A DNA stretch of 46,379 bases, taken from positions 1 to 46,379 of the forward strand of contig JBHLQH010000027.1 in assembly GCA_048884965.1 (NCBI GenBank), in the 5' to 3' direction. Positions 27,181 to 36,732 of this stretch are shown in pieces. Position 1 is the stretch's first letter. Each line of letters opens with the position of its first letter. A model generated the notes under the pieces. That model saw only the letters and a program-made list of their open reading frames with translations, did no database searches and was not told the DNA's origin. This DNA is from Candidatus Thorarchaeota archaeon. Lineage in GTDB: Archaea; Asgardarchaeota; Thorarchaeia; Thorarchaeales; Thorarchaeaceae. The position numbers were made by a program, and so were the translations under genes.

Positions 27181-27732
27181 TTACAGCCTCTGTAAGCTCT
27201 TCAGAAGAGCCTCATTCTCATCCGCCTCAATCTCTGAGGGATCGACTACCATCCCAGACTCATATGTTTCAATGATGACTTCTAATCCAGAATCAGCGAC
27301 TCGCTTGAATCCTTTACTGGAGAGAGACCTTATGCGTAGCTGAGTTGTATTGAACTCTGTCTTCTCTGCGCTGATAGTAGGCTGAACATCAAGACGAAGC
27401 TTTGATTTTGTCCTTCGCAGATTCTCTTTCGTTTCAGCCAACTGCGTTTGAAGTTCCTTTCGCTCGCATCTTTCATTTTCAAGTTGCATCTTGATATCTT
27501 CATACTCGCTTCGCTGAACATAGTTCTTTGTCCTATCTAGCCAGACAACCGTTGTTCCATTGAATCTTCGATTTGTTGTAACCTGACTTAGCGCTTTAAG
27601 AACAGCAACAACATCATAGACTCTTCTCTTTGGAACCCCCAATATTTCAGCAAGCTCGTCGCTCCGAATCCCCTCTTCCCCGGCTTCTTTCAGGTATGAT
27701 ACGGATTTTCGAGCAAGTTCAACAAGTTTCAC
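27181..27732 (-). CDS. E2F/DP-like winged-helix transcription factor with coiled coil
   Basis: LAEILGVPKRRVYDVVAVLKAL...VVWL matches the E2F/DP RRxYD recognition helix and downstream Trp, followed by heptad repeats. Start GTG 27732 after a GGGGTG SD. Confidence 0.7.
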   Translation of the reverse strand: MKLVELARKSVSYLKEAGEEGIRSDELAEILGVPKRRVYDVVAVLKALSQVTTNRRFNGTTVVWLDRTKNYVQRSEYEDIKMQLENERCERKELQTQLAETKENLRRTKSKLRLDVQPTISAEKTEFNTTQLRIRSLSSKGFKRVADSGLEVIIETYESGMVVDPSEIEADENEALLKSLQRL

Positions 27733-27828
27733 TAGTGCACCCCACACAGATTCCGATGATAGACTCCTCTATGCAATCTTCTAATCATTTCTCAGAGGTA
27801 CTATTTAATGATTTGTGTTATCTGCCTA

Positions 27829-27911
27829 TTTTCGTCGTCGATTTTTCGAAATGAACCATAACGTCGAAAAACAGAAGCTGCTATTATTGATAGGTTTGTA
27901 CGAAAAATCGA
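27829..27911. promoter_or_regulatory. Inverted repeat and TTTTCG half-site cluster in the divergent intergenic region
   Basis: TCGATTTTTCG (27838-27848) and CGAAAAATCGA (27901-27911) form a perfect 11-bp inverted repeat; extra copies are TTTTCG at 27829 and CGAAAAA at 27865. Confidence 0.5.
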
Positions 27912-28036
27912 GATGTACTCTATAAATATGGTCTGCATGTCGGAAGTATGGTGGATAATGTGTACACCGACAATTTCTTAACATGGCTTAAGTTCGCGGA
28001 GAACAGATTTGACTTTGTAATCACAGGGTGGATTCA

Positions 28037-29368
28037 ATGAGCCGTAAGAAAGTCATAATTATGGGAGCTGCAGGTCGTGACTTCCATAATTTCAATGTGT
28101 TTTTCAGGGATAATGAAGATTATGAAATCGTTGCTTTTACCGCGGAACAAATTCCGGGTATTGAGGATAGAACATATCCTCCAGAGCTATCAGGAAACCT
28201 GTATCCAAAGGGTATCAAGATATATCCTGAACATCAATTACCAGAACTAATCGAGAAGTTTGGTGTGGAACAATGCATTCTTGCATATTCTGATTTATCC
28301 TATGAAACAGTAGGTCATAAAATAGCATGGGTGAACTCACTTGGAGCGGATATCCGCCTCATGGGGACTTCCACCACCATGATTAAGAGCAAGAAGCCAG
28401 TCGTTGCTGTTTGTGCAGTAAGAACAGGTTGTGGAAAGAGCCAGACCTCACGACGAGTGAATGAAATCCTTGTTAAGATGGGGCTCAAACCTGTGAATAT
28501 CAGACATCCAATGCCCTATGATCAGGATCTCACTACACAGATTGCCCAAAGATATGAGAAACTTGAAGATATGGACAAATACAATTGTACCATCGAAGAG
28601 AGAGAAGAATATGAACCAATGATAAACATGGGAGTTATTCTTTATGCGGGTGTGGATTATGGAAGAATCTTGGAACAAGCTGAACAAGAAGCTGATGTGA
28701 TCACATGGGATGGAGGTAACAATGACTTTCCATTCTACAAACCAGACCTTCTCATTGTGATAACAGATCCTCACAGACCGGGCCATGAGATAAGCTACTA
28801 TCCAGGTGAAACAAACCTCAGAATGGCTGATGTCGTCATCATAAACAAGATCGATACCGCAGACTATGAAAACGTGGAATTCGTTCGCGAGAGCATCATG
28901 TGGGCGAACCCAACAGCTGTCATCATTGATGGTGCGTCTCCCGTTGGTATTCAAGATTCAAGTATCATCAAAGGAAAGAGAGTAATCGTCGTTGAAGATG
29001 GTCCTACCGTGACTCATGGTGGTATGCCCTACGGAGCAGGATATATCGCCGCAAGAAAGGCAGGTGCGATAATTGTAGACCCCAGACCATATGCTGTAGG
29101 TAGCATCGAAGATACTTTTGAGAAGTACGATCATCTTGAAGATGTCTTGCCGGCAATGGGATATGGGAAGAAGCAAATGGCAGAGCTTGAAAAGACCATC
29201 AACGCAGCCGATGTGGATGCTATTGTCATTGGTACACCAATTGACCTTGCAAAGTTGATAAAGATAAACAAACCATCAACAAGAATACGCTATGATCTTC
29301 AGGAGATTGGAAAGCCCGATCTTGATGATGTACTTGCTGATTTTGCCAAGAAACACAATCTGAAATAA
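28037..29368 (+). CDS. arcE: COG2403 P-loop enzyme (cDPG-synthetase-like 'GTPase'); probable arginine synthetase ArcE type
   Basis: IMGAAGRDFHNFNVFFRDN, AVRTGCGKSQTSR, RHPMPY, TIEEREEYE, WDGGNND, VEDGPTVTHGGM and PAMGY match my recollection of the Thermococcales ArcE-type subfamily; not verified by search. Confidence 0.7.
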   Translation: MSRKKVIIMGAAGRDFHNFNVFFRDNEDYEIVAFTAEQIPGIEDRTYPPELSGNLYPKGIKIYPEHQLPELIEKFGVEQCILAYSDLSYETVGHKIAWVNSLGADIRLMGTSTTMIKSKKPVVAVCAVRTGCGKSQTSRRVNEILVKMGLKPVNIRHPMPYDQDLTTQIAQRYEKLEDMDKYNCTIEEREEYEPMINMGVILYAGVDYGRILEQAEQEADVITWDGGNNDFPFYKPDLLIVITDPHRPGHEISYYPGETNLRMADVVIINKIDTADYENVEFVRESIMWANPTAVIIDGASPVGIQDSSIIKGKRVIVVEDGPTVTHGGMPYGAGYIAARKAGAIIVDPRPYAVGSIEDTFEKYDHLEDVLPAMGYGKKQMAELEKTINAADVDAIVIGTPIDLAKLIKINKPSTRIRYDLQEIGKPDLDDVLADFAKKHNLK

Positions 29369-29376
29369 GAAGACAC

Positions 29377-29409
29377 GTCCGGGATTTTTCCCGGACATCA
29401 TCTATTTTT
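29377..29409. terminator. Hairpin terminator between convergent genes
   Basis: GTCCGGGA-tttt-TCCCGGAC perfect stem (29377-29396), followed by TCTATTTTT. Confidence 0.65.
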
Positions 29410-29424
29410 CCGCTATTACTGAAT

Positions 29425-30324
29425 CTACATGCCAGATCGTGATATCAAATCGATGTACACTATCGTGTAGAAGATGTAGATTATTGGAGCCAATAGGAGA
29501 TTGTTCACTATAGTCACTGCAAGTACTGTAAGGTCGTTCCCTAGCAGAAAACCGAAGATAGAGAAGAAGTATGAGATCATGAAATCAATGATGAAAGTCA
29601 CAACAAGTACAAGAATCCATCCAATAGCAATGTGCAGGGTTTGTCCACGGGTTAGTTCAAATGAGCTGTTCAAGCTTTCAAAAGGACTCTGATCGCGAAC
29701 TACCAGAATGACTGGAGCAGCAATGATTCGAACGATAATGATCAAAGAGACTACACCCAGCACGATGAAGATTGAGATTCCGTTTATTATCATCTCAAAG
29801 TTACTCGTTACTAAGCCATATGCCATAAATGCTTGACCAGGAGCCAGAAGGATGCCAGTTATCAGGCCAATGATAATTTGAAGGATGAGCATAGGAACAA
29901 GTTTACTAAACCCAACGGACATACTGGCTCCTACATCAGGTTTTGCTGTTGTCGCATCGTCCAATGCGAATCTTATGGCACTACCAGTTACTATCGCAGT
30001 AACGACCAAACCCAGAAGGACAAAGATCACTGAGATGCCTAGATTGAGTAAGTAGAACTCACCAGCAATCTCAGGAAACATAGTTCCATTGATGATTAGA
30101 GTCAGAAAGACACCGATATCATCTGCAAAGATTGTCAGATCAAATTGCCCATAGAGAAAATATGCAATCGCAGCTTGCACGATGGTGAATAGAGCTAGCA
30201 CCATACCTACAATAATAATGTAGGATCTAAGATTTCGAGTCCAGAGAGCAAGTGTCTTTGTCAATAACTCAACGGTTGAGAAACCCTTACTCATCATAGA
30301 ATCTGGATTGTTTCCTCTTGCCAT
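29425..30324 (-). CDS. Hypothetical polytopic membrane protein (GDPD-membrane-domain-like)
   Basis: About 6 TM segments; the pattern PVILVVRDQSPFESLNSSFELTRG...YTIVYIDL is typical of this broad family. Confidence 0.65.
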   Translation of the reverse strand: MARGNNPDSMMSKGFSTVELLTKTLALWTRNLRSYIIIVGMVLALFTIVQAAIAYFLYGQFDLTIFADDIGVFLTLIINGTMFPEIAGEFYLLNLGISVIFVLLGLVVTAIVTGSAIRFALDDATTAKPDVGASMSVGFSKLVPMLILQIIIGLITGILLAPGQAFMAYGLVTSNFEMIINGISIFIVLGVVSLIIIVRIIAAPVILVVRDQSPFESLNSSFELTRGQTLHIAIGWILVLVVTFIIDFMISYFFSIFGFLLGNDLTVLAVTIVNNLLLAPIIYIFYTIVYIDLISRSGM

Positions 30325-30399
30325 TGCTAATCATCAATTCCTGTCGCTCTGAAGAGCTTATAATATCTCCTAGGAAAGAGGTAACTAACCTACTTTCCA

Positions 30400-31992
30400 T
30401 CAGGCGGGTTTAGGACGGATATCTGAAATCTCCATAAACTTCATGCCGCCAGCTTTCTCCAGGAGCTCCTCGAAGGCAATCATAGTAACAGAGGGTGTGA
30501 CTTCAGTACTGTGCTTTGTAAGTTTCTTGACCTCTGCTATCAGCGAGGTATAGTCAGCATTTAATGGTCCCTTTGGAGCTATATAGAGATTGAGGACGTC
30601 CATACTATATGGATCGGCCATATTCTCTTTCGCCACCTCAATTTGTAGCTCCTCGATCTCCGCTAGTGCAAGAAGATCAGATCTGAGTGCGGTAAGATTC
30701 ACTGTAGCACCTTTGATTTTCTTCTCACTTAGACCCATTATCTCAATCTGCGCCTCAGCATCATTTGTACGCCCGATATCCCAGAAGAATGGACCATCTA
30801 GGCCGCAAATCGGACATTTTCCACGTTCCTGATGAGATGCGACATCTCCTAAGAGGAATCCCTCAAAAATGGTTCCTGTGCTGTCTAAGTGGAACAGCGT
30901 CATATGTCCTGATTCGTCATCCCCCACAAAATCATAGGTGCCATCGTCATTGAACTTTACCAATTCAAAGGCTAGCATGAGTGGTGAAACATTATGATAC
31001 GGACCGTGACGATCACATTGAGCTGCAAATGAAATTTTGCTCTCTGAGGATGCGTACCCGCCTATAATACGAACTTCTTTTGCACCCTTGTCTTGAAGAG
31101 TATTCACGATATCATCTGCGACTGGTTCGTAAATCTTTTCTCCAGCAAGTAGGACAACAACCTTCTCAGGAGCTTTGTAATCTGATTCAGCCATCGCTTT
31201 GAAAAATCGATTACGGAGATAACTAGGCATACCCGCAAAACCATTGGCCTTGAATGACCCTGCGATTTCAACTAACTTATCACTGGGGATTGCTCCTCCA
31301 GCACTGGTAGCAACATAGAACTTGGACATCTGACCTAAGCCCGTATTGACAGCATGCCATCCGAGATGGGGTGCATACGGAAAGAGGTTCATACTTATCA
31401 TTTCCCAGCCTTCAGCTACCCATGGATCAACAGCCAATTGACCAGCTTTTACGCAATTCTTGTAGAGTAATTCATTGTCATATCGTGTCAGAAATACAGG
31501 TGCCGGAAGCCCAGATGCACGACCGGAACTGAGCCAGAACTGAAGTGGAGCAAATTGATAGGTCAATCTCTCCTGAAGGCGCTTCATTGCAGCAGCACTT
31601 CCAATCTTGGTCTTCACTCGGATCCCATTGTTCCGTATGAATTTGTAGAGGTCACCCTTTCCTGAGTCCTTGGCATAGGTCATTAGATTCTTGACGATTT
31701 CTGGAGCAGGTCTGTTGGCACCATCCACTTGCGAAGGATTGAGAACGAATTGTGTCATGTTGTCTTTGTAATCCAGCTTTTTCACTAAGGGTATCTTGTA
31801 TTTTGCCCAATCTTCGATGCATGTGATATTGAAGGGGTCGATATTATTCGCCTTGAACAGTTTTCTGTAGTACGGATGATTAGGCCATACCTGATATCGA
31901 ATAAACGCACGGAACTTTTGGTCCTGCATTTCTTTTATTTCTACATGATTCGTTTTCTTTAATTCTTCGAACGTGAATGTGGTTTTGACCAT
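30400..31992 (-). CDS. Phenylacetate-CoA ligase (PaaK)-like adenylate-forming enzyme
   Basis: HPYYRKLF...IPLVKK, P-loop SSGRASGLP, GMPSY, LAGEK, GYASSE, LLGD, IGR, KIKGATVN. Start MVKTT at ATG 31992. Confidence 0.8.
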   Translation of the reverse strand: MVKTTFTFEELKKTNHVEIKEMQDQKFRAFIRYQVWPNHPYYRKLFKANNIDPFNITCIEDWAKYKIPLVKKLDYKDNMTQFVLNPSQVDGANRPAPEIVKNLMTYAKDSGKGDLYKFIRNNGIRVKTKIGSAAAMKRLQERLTYQFAPLQFWLSSGRASGLPAPVFLTRYDNELLYKNCVKAGQLAVDPWVAEGWEMISMNLFPYAPHLGWHAVNTGLGQMSKFYVATSAGGAIPSDKLVEIAGSFKANGFAGMPSYLRNRFFKAMAESDYKAPEKVVVLLAGEKIYEPVADDIVNTLQDKGAKEVRIIGGYASSESKISFAAQCDRHGPYHNVSPLMLAFELVKFNDDGTYDFVGDDESGHMTLFHLDSTGTIFEGFLLGDVASHQERGKCPICGLDGPFFWDIGRTNDAEAQIEIMGLSEKKIKGATVNLTALRSDLLALAEIEELQIEVAKENMADPYSMDVLNLYIAPKGPLNADYTSLIAEVKKLTKHSTEVTPSVTMIAFEELLEKAGGMKFMEISDIRPKPA

Positions 31993-32173
31993 TCTTAGCA
32001 CCCTACACATATTGACCGTAGCAGAGGATGTATTCGACAATAGCCGAATAATAAACATTACGAGATTCCATAAAAGAGGGGCTGGACTAGAGCGGCATTA
32101 CCTAGCTTCATATAGTAGAAACTCATAATAGCACTATAGGCGTTTTACAACACTACTCAAAGCACTAGGGAGC

Positions 32174-32614
32174 ATGAAACCATTGTCCGAAACTGACGAG
32201 AAACTTCAGAAGGGAATAATTGAACTTGAAAAAGGCAATGACAAGAAAGCATTCGGACTATTCAAGGATGTCTTTATGGATCGCCAAGAGAGACTGCTAA
32301 AGAAGGTACAAGACAATCCTAAGTCACCAACTCTAATGCTGGATGCACTATATATGATTCATGCCTTGGTATGGCTTAGAGTTGCTGAAGCAGGGAAAGA
32401 TAAAGACCGTGGACTCGAGCTAATGGGACAGGCCGTAGGAACAGTTGAAGCAGCTCGCACAGCCTTAGGACCACTTGTAACGGGTTTAGCTCAATGGGCT
32501 CAAGAGAAGAACATCAAACAGGTCTATAACAAAGCGCGAGGGCTTCTGGCGGCTACTACAGATTTGGAAGATATGGCAAAGAAGGCTCTTGAAGCGCAAA
32601 GGAAAATGAAATAG
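32174..32614 (+). CDS. Hypothetical all-helical protein
   Basis: 146-aa ORF with GGAG RBS and a helical pattern. Confidence 0.7.
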   Translation: MKPLSETDEKLQKGIIELEKGNDKKAFGLFKDVFMDRQERLLKKVQDNPKSPTLMLDALYMIHALVWLRVAEAGKDKDRGLELMGQAVGTVEAARTALGPLVTGLAQWAQEKNIKQVYNKARGLLAATTDLEDMAKKALEAQRKMK

Positions 32615-32618
32615 GAAA

Positions 32619-32957
32619 CTACTTCCCTTTCATGTATTCTTTCCATTCAGAAGCTGGAAATCTCTCTTCCATAATTTCTAACTCTTTCAGAACAGCTGAT
32701 TCCAAATCGATGCCAAAATGATTGGCTAGTTGCACAAAGAGCGAGAAGGATTGAGCAAATTCTCTTGAGAGACCTTCTTTGGTTGGTGCATTGTGACCAA
32801 TCCCATCTGGTTTATAGCCCTCCTCAGCAGAGATATGCCTTGATATCTCCCCAAGCTCCTCTATGAGATGAACAAATACTTGAGAGGCGTGAAACTTATC
32901 CCAGCCCCGGGATCTTTCGAATTCAGCTTTCTTAGCCTGAATCTCCTTCAAGTGCAT
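32619..32957 (-). CDS. MazG-like nucleotide pyrophosphohydrolase
   Basis: RGWDKFH...LIEELGEI...EFAQ...LANHFGIDLESAV. Confidence 0.85.
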   Translation of the reverse strand: MHLKEIQAKKAEFERSRGWDKFHASQVFVHLIEELGEISRHISAEEGYKPDGIGHNAPTKEGLSREFAQSFSLFVQLANHFGIDLESAVLKELEIMEERFPASEWKEYMKGK

Positions 32958-32958
32958 C

Positions 32959-33654
32959 TTAGGTCATCCTCTTCGTTATGTGCAATACTTGAGCGCGTGC
33001 TTGATCCAACGCAGAACTAGGGGGATTAGTCAAAGGACCCAATGGAGTGTCATCAGGAAGAGGTGTTCCTCCAAGGAACATCGCTTCACTTAGAACATTC
33101 ATCATCTCTACTGGAGGGAGAACCGCACATGCAAGCTTCGTTCCTTCTTTGATGCCAGAGATGTTTGTGATAATCTTCCAGATTCGTATTCCATCAGTAC
33201 ATCGACATTCTGTGAGATTGGTCGAATCCTTTACTGGTGCTAACTGACTTACCTCCACTGCCAGGATATCTACAGCAAAAGCTGGTTCTTCGTCAAAGTT
33301 CCTAAGCTTCTTTTGAAAGGATTCTACCACCCGGAGTGAGTATACAACCTCAGCTTGCGCGACCTGCTCCTTTACAGTACTTGGTTTGTACCCAGAGGTT
33401 AACGCAGTTCGATACAATTGTGCGAAATCTGCGATGGAGGAAACTAGCTTCTCTGTCGCTTCTAGAGATGCGAGAGATTTGGAGTCCTGATATGCATACT
33501 TCACCTCATAAAGGAAACTACCTGCCTTCTTGAGGATTTCATTCAGCTTCCCATATTCAATATGCATCTTTAGTTTCCTATTTCCAACAATCTCGTTGAG
33601 TCGTCTTAGTGCGTCTTCAAGCACAAGTACTCTAGCATCCTTCGCTGTGTCCAT
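32959..33654 (-). CDS. Archaeal tRNA-binding protein with C-terminal EMAP/Trbp OB fold
   Basis: MDTAKDARVLV...VKYAY and AVDI...IITN...LPPVEMMNVLSEAMFLG; ATG after AGGTGA. Confidence 0.85.
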   Translation of the reverse strand: MDTAKDARVLVLEDALRRLNEIVGNRKLKMHIEYGKLNEILKKAGSFLYEVKYAYQDSKSLASLEATEKLVSSIADFAQLYRTALTSGYKPSTVKEQVAQAEVVYSLRVVESFQKKLRNFDEEPAFAVDILAVEVSQLAPVKDSTNLTECRCTDGIRIWKIITNISGIKEGTKLACAVLPPVEMMNVLSEAMFLGGTPLPDDTPLGPLTNPPSSALDQARAQVLHITKRMT

Positions 33655-33780
33655 ATTTATCACCTAAATTGTCACAATATCCGCTTGATAAAATCGTCGA
33701 TGCGCGGTTGAGTATGACACGAGAAGTGATATAAAGATAGAAATGCTAGAAATTCATAATTCCAAGTGGAGAGACGTAGG

Positions 33781-34395
33781 TTGATACAAGCGCTCTATAT
33801 ACTGGTTGCTGATAGCGGCCTTTGTGTACTTGATAGAAAGTACGGAGAGGCAGAGATGGATCCAAATCTTATCAGTGGCTTTCTTACAGCTCTGATATCA
33901 TTTGGCCAAGAGCTAAGTTCTGGCAACCGCGTGCATGTTATCGATTTTGGTGCTTTTGATATATGTCTCTCATTGAAGAACAACATCATCGTTGCTGCAA
34001 CTGTTGACAAAACTGATGATGGAAATGCAGCAATGGCAGTATTAGCAGATGTGAATAATCAGTTTGTCAAGAAATACTCTGGCGTTCTGCAGAACTGGGA
34101 TGGCAATCTTGAACCTTTTGAGTCGTTCATACCTATTGTCGATAACATTACAAAGAATGGAAGAGCATCCGAAATGAAGATTCTTGTACCTATTCTAAAG
34201 GGAAAAGTTTCTCCGATGCTCGTGCGCCTTGGTCAGATCTCACAGGATGTCTTCGATGTAGGACAGAAATGCCAAGGCAAATTGACAGTTAGGGATATTG
34301 CAGATCAGCTTGGAAAACCAGTAAAAGACGTTCAAAAGGCCCTTCATAATCTTGAAGATATGAAAATGCTTGAATGGAAAGAGATAGGACAATAG
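33781..34395 (+). CDS. Longin-domain protein with C-terminal winged HTH
   Basis: IQALYILVADSGLCV...DPNLISGFLTALISFGQEL...QFVKKY...WDGNLEPFESF is Asgard longin-like; LTVRDIADQLGKPVKDVQKALHNLEDMKML is an HTH. Start TTG 33781. Confidence 0.8.
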   Translation: MIQALYILVADSGLCVLDRKYGEAEMDPNLISGFLTALISFGQELSSGNRVHVIDFGAFDICLSLKNNIIVAATVDKTDDGNAAMAVLADVNNQFVKKYSGVLQNWDGNLEPFESFIPIVDNITKNGRASEMKILVPILKGKVSPMLVRLGQISQDVFDVGQKCQGKLTVRDIADQLGKPVKDVQKALHNLEDMKMLEWKEIGQ

Positions 34396-34422
34396 GTCCT
34401 AATCTCTCGCACACAGACTATT

Positions 34423-35130
34423 CTATTGTGCAGAACCCCACTCATTTCCAGCAGTGATGAGAATAAGGCCAATCACGATCAAACCTGGAGCCATAACACC
34501 ACTTGCGCCGTATAGTAGTATTCCAGTTGAATCTAATGCAAAACGCGCAGAGTGAATTACTCTCCCAGCAAATAGGATAAGGAATCCCAGACCAAGGATG
34601 AAATTCGATTTTCTTAGGACGCCACCAGAAACCCATGCAAGATACCAGAAGAGCAAGGGAATGAAAAGAGCATAGGCAATGCCACCAATCCCGACGATTA
34701 ATGCGGTAGCCTCTCCGGGGAATACAACCAGAAGCAAACCAATTAATATTGCAGGTATTGAAAAGGCGATCTCTGCCCACCTTTTACCAATTATTAGGAA
34801 ACCTGCAGTTGCCGCTAACGCAGCTAGAGCCATCCATTGGAAGAAACCTCCAGCTCTTATCCACACATCCGAGCTACCCAAGTATGGAACAAGGTCTACG
34901 ATGGAACTAGGAAGTGAACGTACATCTGCATAGAAATCCCCTACGAAGTAGAAGACTCTACCAACAGCTAATAACAGGAAGAAAGTAGCCATCGCCAGAG
35001 AGAATGGGTTTCTTGTCTTTCGCCATCGGAATAGTAGAAGAATGACGAATATCAGGAAATAGTAACCCACAACAAGGAACCATAGTCCAATGTGAACTTC
35101 ACGAATAATCATATCGAACGTCTGTAGCAT
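34423..35130 (-). CDS. Hypothetical 7-TM membrane protein
   Basis: Seven hydrophobic segments with no cytoplasmic catalytic domain. Confidence 0.7.
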   Translation of the reverse strand: MLQTFDMIIREVHIGLWFLVVGYYFLIFVILLLFRWRKTRNPFSLAMATFFLLLAVGRVFYFVGDFYADVRSLPSSIVDLVPYLGSSDVWIRAGGFFQWMALAALAATAGFLIIGKRWAEIAFSIPAILIGLLLVVFPGEATALIVGIGGIAYALFIPLLFWYLAWVSGGVLRKSNFILGLGFLILFAGRVIHSARFALDSTGILLYGASGVMAPGLIVIGLILITAGNEWGSAQ

Positions 35131-35270
35131 AATGGTCTCTTCCTATTACGCGCTGATACAAACCATGAGTGCGAACTGACAAATAAAACTATGCTGCACT
35201 TTTAGATTGAAGTAATACACCTAAGGAATCTCTATATTTCAAAACTAGATGAATATGACTCGGTGTTAGA

Positions 35271-35681
35271 GTGAATTTTAGAGGTTTCTGGAAGCTACGA
35301 TTGGAAAATGGCGAAACAGAGGAATTTATCGATATCAGAAGAAAGATAGGAAATAGGATAATTAGGGCATACTTATTGGACCCCATATTGGAGGCCAAGA
35401 AGATAGATACTGTGAAAGCATCTCTTCGAGGACCAAAAGATGAATTCCAGGATTTTGATAGATTTATCATTTTGAACGCATCGTCAAACGAATTGAAATT
35501 TAGAATCCTCGCTGAAACAGGAGTATATGAGAACATTCGAGTAGTTGGAACAGATAACAAGGAAATCGCTGAAAAATCCCCAGATGATCTCGAAAAGCAA
35601 TTCACTGATGCTTTACAAAACCACACGAAATGGAATGCCTCTGTCACGATTAGTATTTGTAGCAAGATCAAATCCAAGTAG
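35271..35681 (+). CDS. Hypothetical protein
   Basis: 136-aa ORF with protein-like composition, co-oriented with the downstream small gene. Confidence 0.65.
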   Translation: MNFRGFWKLRLENGETEEFIDIRRKIGNRIIRAYLLDPILEAKKIDTVKASLRGPKDEFQDFDRFIILNASSNELKFRILAETGVYENIRVVGTDNKEIAEKSPDDLEKQFTDALQNHTKWNASVTISICSKIKSK

Positions 35682-35697
35682 AATGAGATGAAATATC

Positions 35698-35892
35698 ATG
35701 GTTCTAGAACGGTTTGCGAAATGTCCTGTATGCGAGAAAAAAACTGTACTAAAGGTTCCTGAGGGCATTCTGGAGAAGGCAAAACGGTTTCCCTTTATGA
35801 TTAAGGTTCGACATAATGACCATTATTTTTACATCAATATTGATAGTCAAGCATGGATTACAGACATTCTTAGTCCAGATATGGTTGAATAG
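35698..35892 (+). CDS. Small Zn-ribbon-like protein (CPVC...H..H)
   Basis: CPVC, RFPF, HNDHYFYINID; this pattern is common among Asgard small proteins. Confidence 0.65.
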   Translation: MVLERFAKCPVCEKKTVLKVPEGILEKAKRFPFMIKVRHNDHYFYINIDSQAWITDILSPDMVE

Positions 35893-35895
35893 AAA

Positions 35896-36687
35896 TCAAC
35901 CAATATAGCTATCAGGAGGGCTATCTCCATCTTCAGCAAATCCTGCCCTCTGCTCAATTTCCTTCTTTGCCCACTCAATGAAATCAGCAACTCTGGATGC
36001 CTGTTCGTCAAGCAAGTCAAGATTGGACTTTAATCCTAGCAATTCTGCAATCTTCTGCATAATCTCTCTTGAAGCGCGAAAGTCAGCCTTGATGACACCC
36101 ATGGTTTCTCCCAAGATACATGCTCCATCAGCACCGTATCTTTTCGCTGCCCAAGAGGGGATAAAACCGTTGGCTCCAGATATGACTCCTTCCCGTGTCA
36201 GAATTGTGCCATCCAATGCCGCTATCTTCTCAAGAAGAAGCTGAGAACTCGCTGAGATGAACACTCGGGGCGGAGATGGATATACTTTGAAGAACTCCTC
36301 ATAGCTTTGCTCATAAGCTGCTAGAGCAAAAACCTCTCTGATATTCATATCATTGAAAATCCCAGCTACATAATCAGCATAATCAAAGACTCCTTTCCCA
36401 GAAGAAGGTTGATGATCAGCAGTTAGTAGGAGCAAATCATGAGGTTCATCAGGTGCAGCTCGGTATAGATGGATCGTAGATTTGGGAAATTCAGATATCC
36501 CGTCTCGGACGATAATCCGCGGAGGAAAGTCCTCGCTGTAGAATTCAAGAAGAGGCGGCGCATCCAAAGCTTGGATCAATGCATCAACAGCTATACGTCC
36601 AACATTTCCAATTCCGGGTAAGCCAAGGATAGCAACAGGACTCTTTAGACTTGATACATCAATATCCATAAAGCGAAGCTCACGCAT
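35896..36687 (-). CDS. Proteasome assembly chaperone PAC2 family protein
   Basis: ILGLPGIGNVG, YSEDFPP, GVISGANG, CILGET. Confidence 0.9.
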   Translation of the reverse strand: MRELRFMDIDVSSLKSPVAILGLPGIGNVGRIAVDALIQALDAPPLLEFYSEDFPPRIIVRDGISEFPKSTIHLYRAAPDEPHDLLLLTADHQPSSGKGVFDYADYVAGIFNDMNIREVFALAAYEQSYEEFFKVYPSPPRVFISASSQLLLEKIAALDGTILTREGVISGANGFIPSWAAKRYGADGACILGETMGVIKADFRASREIMQKIAELLGLKSNLDLLDEQASRVADFIEWAKKEIEQRAGFAEDGDSPPDSYIG

Positions 36688-36732
36688 TTTGAATCATTCC
36701 AGATGATGAGTTTCTCGATTACCCTTTTGCTA

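Noticed and set aside
28037-29368. Call as true cyclic 2,3-diphosphoglycerate synthetase
   Set aside because: The N-terminal GAAGRDFHNFN motif fits the other COG2403 subfamily, and no 2-phosphoglycerate kinase is adjacent.
35189-35677. 162-aa minus-strand ORF
   Set aside because: Antisense to the more protein-like plus-strand ORF 35271-35681, which is co-oriented with the next gene.
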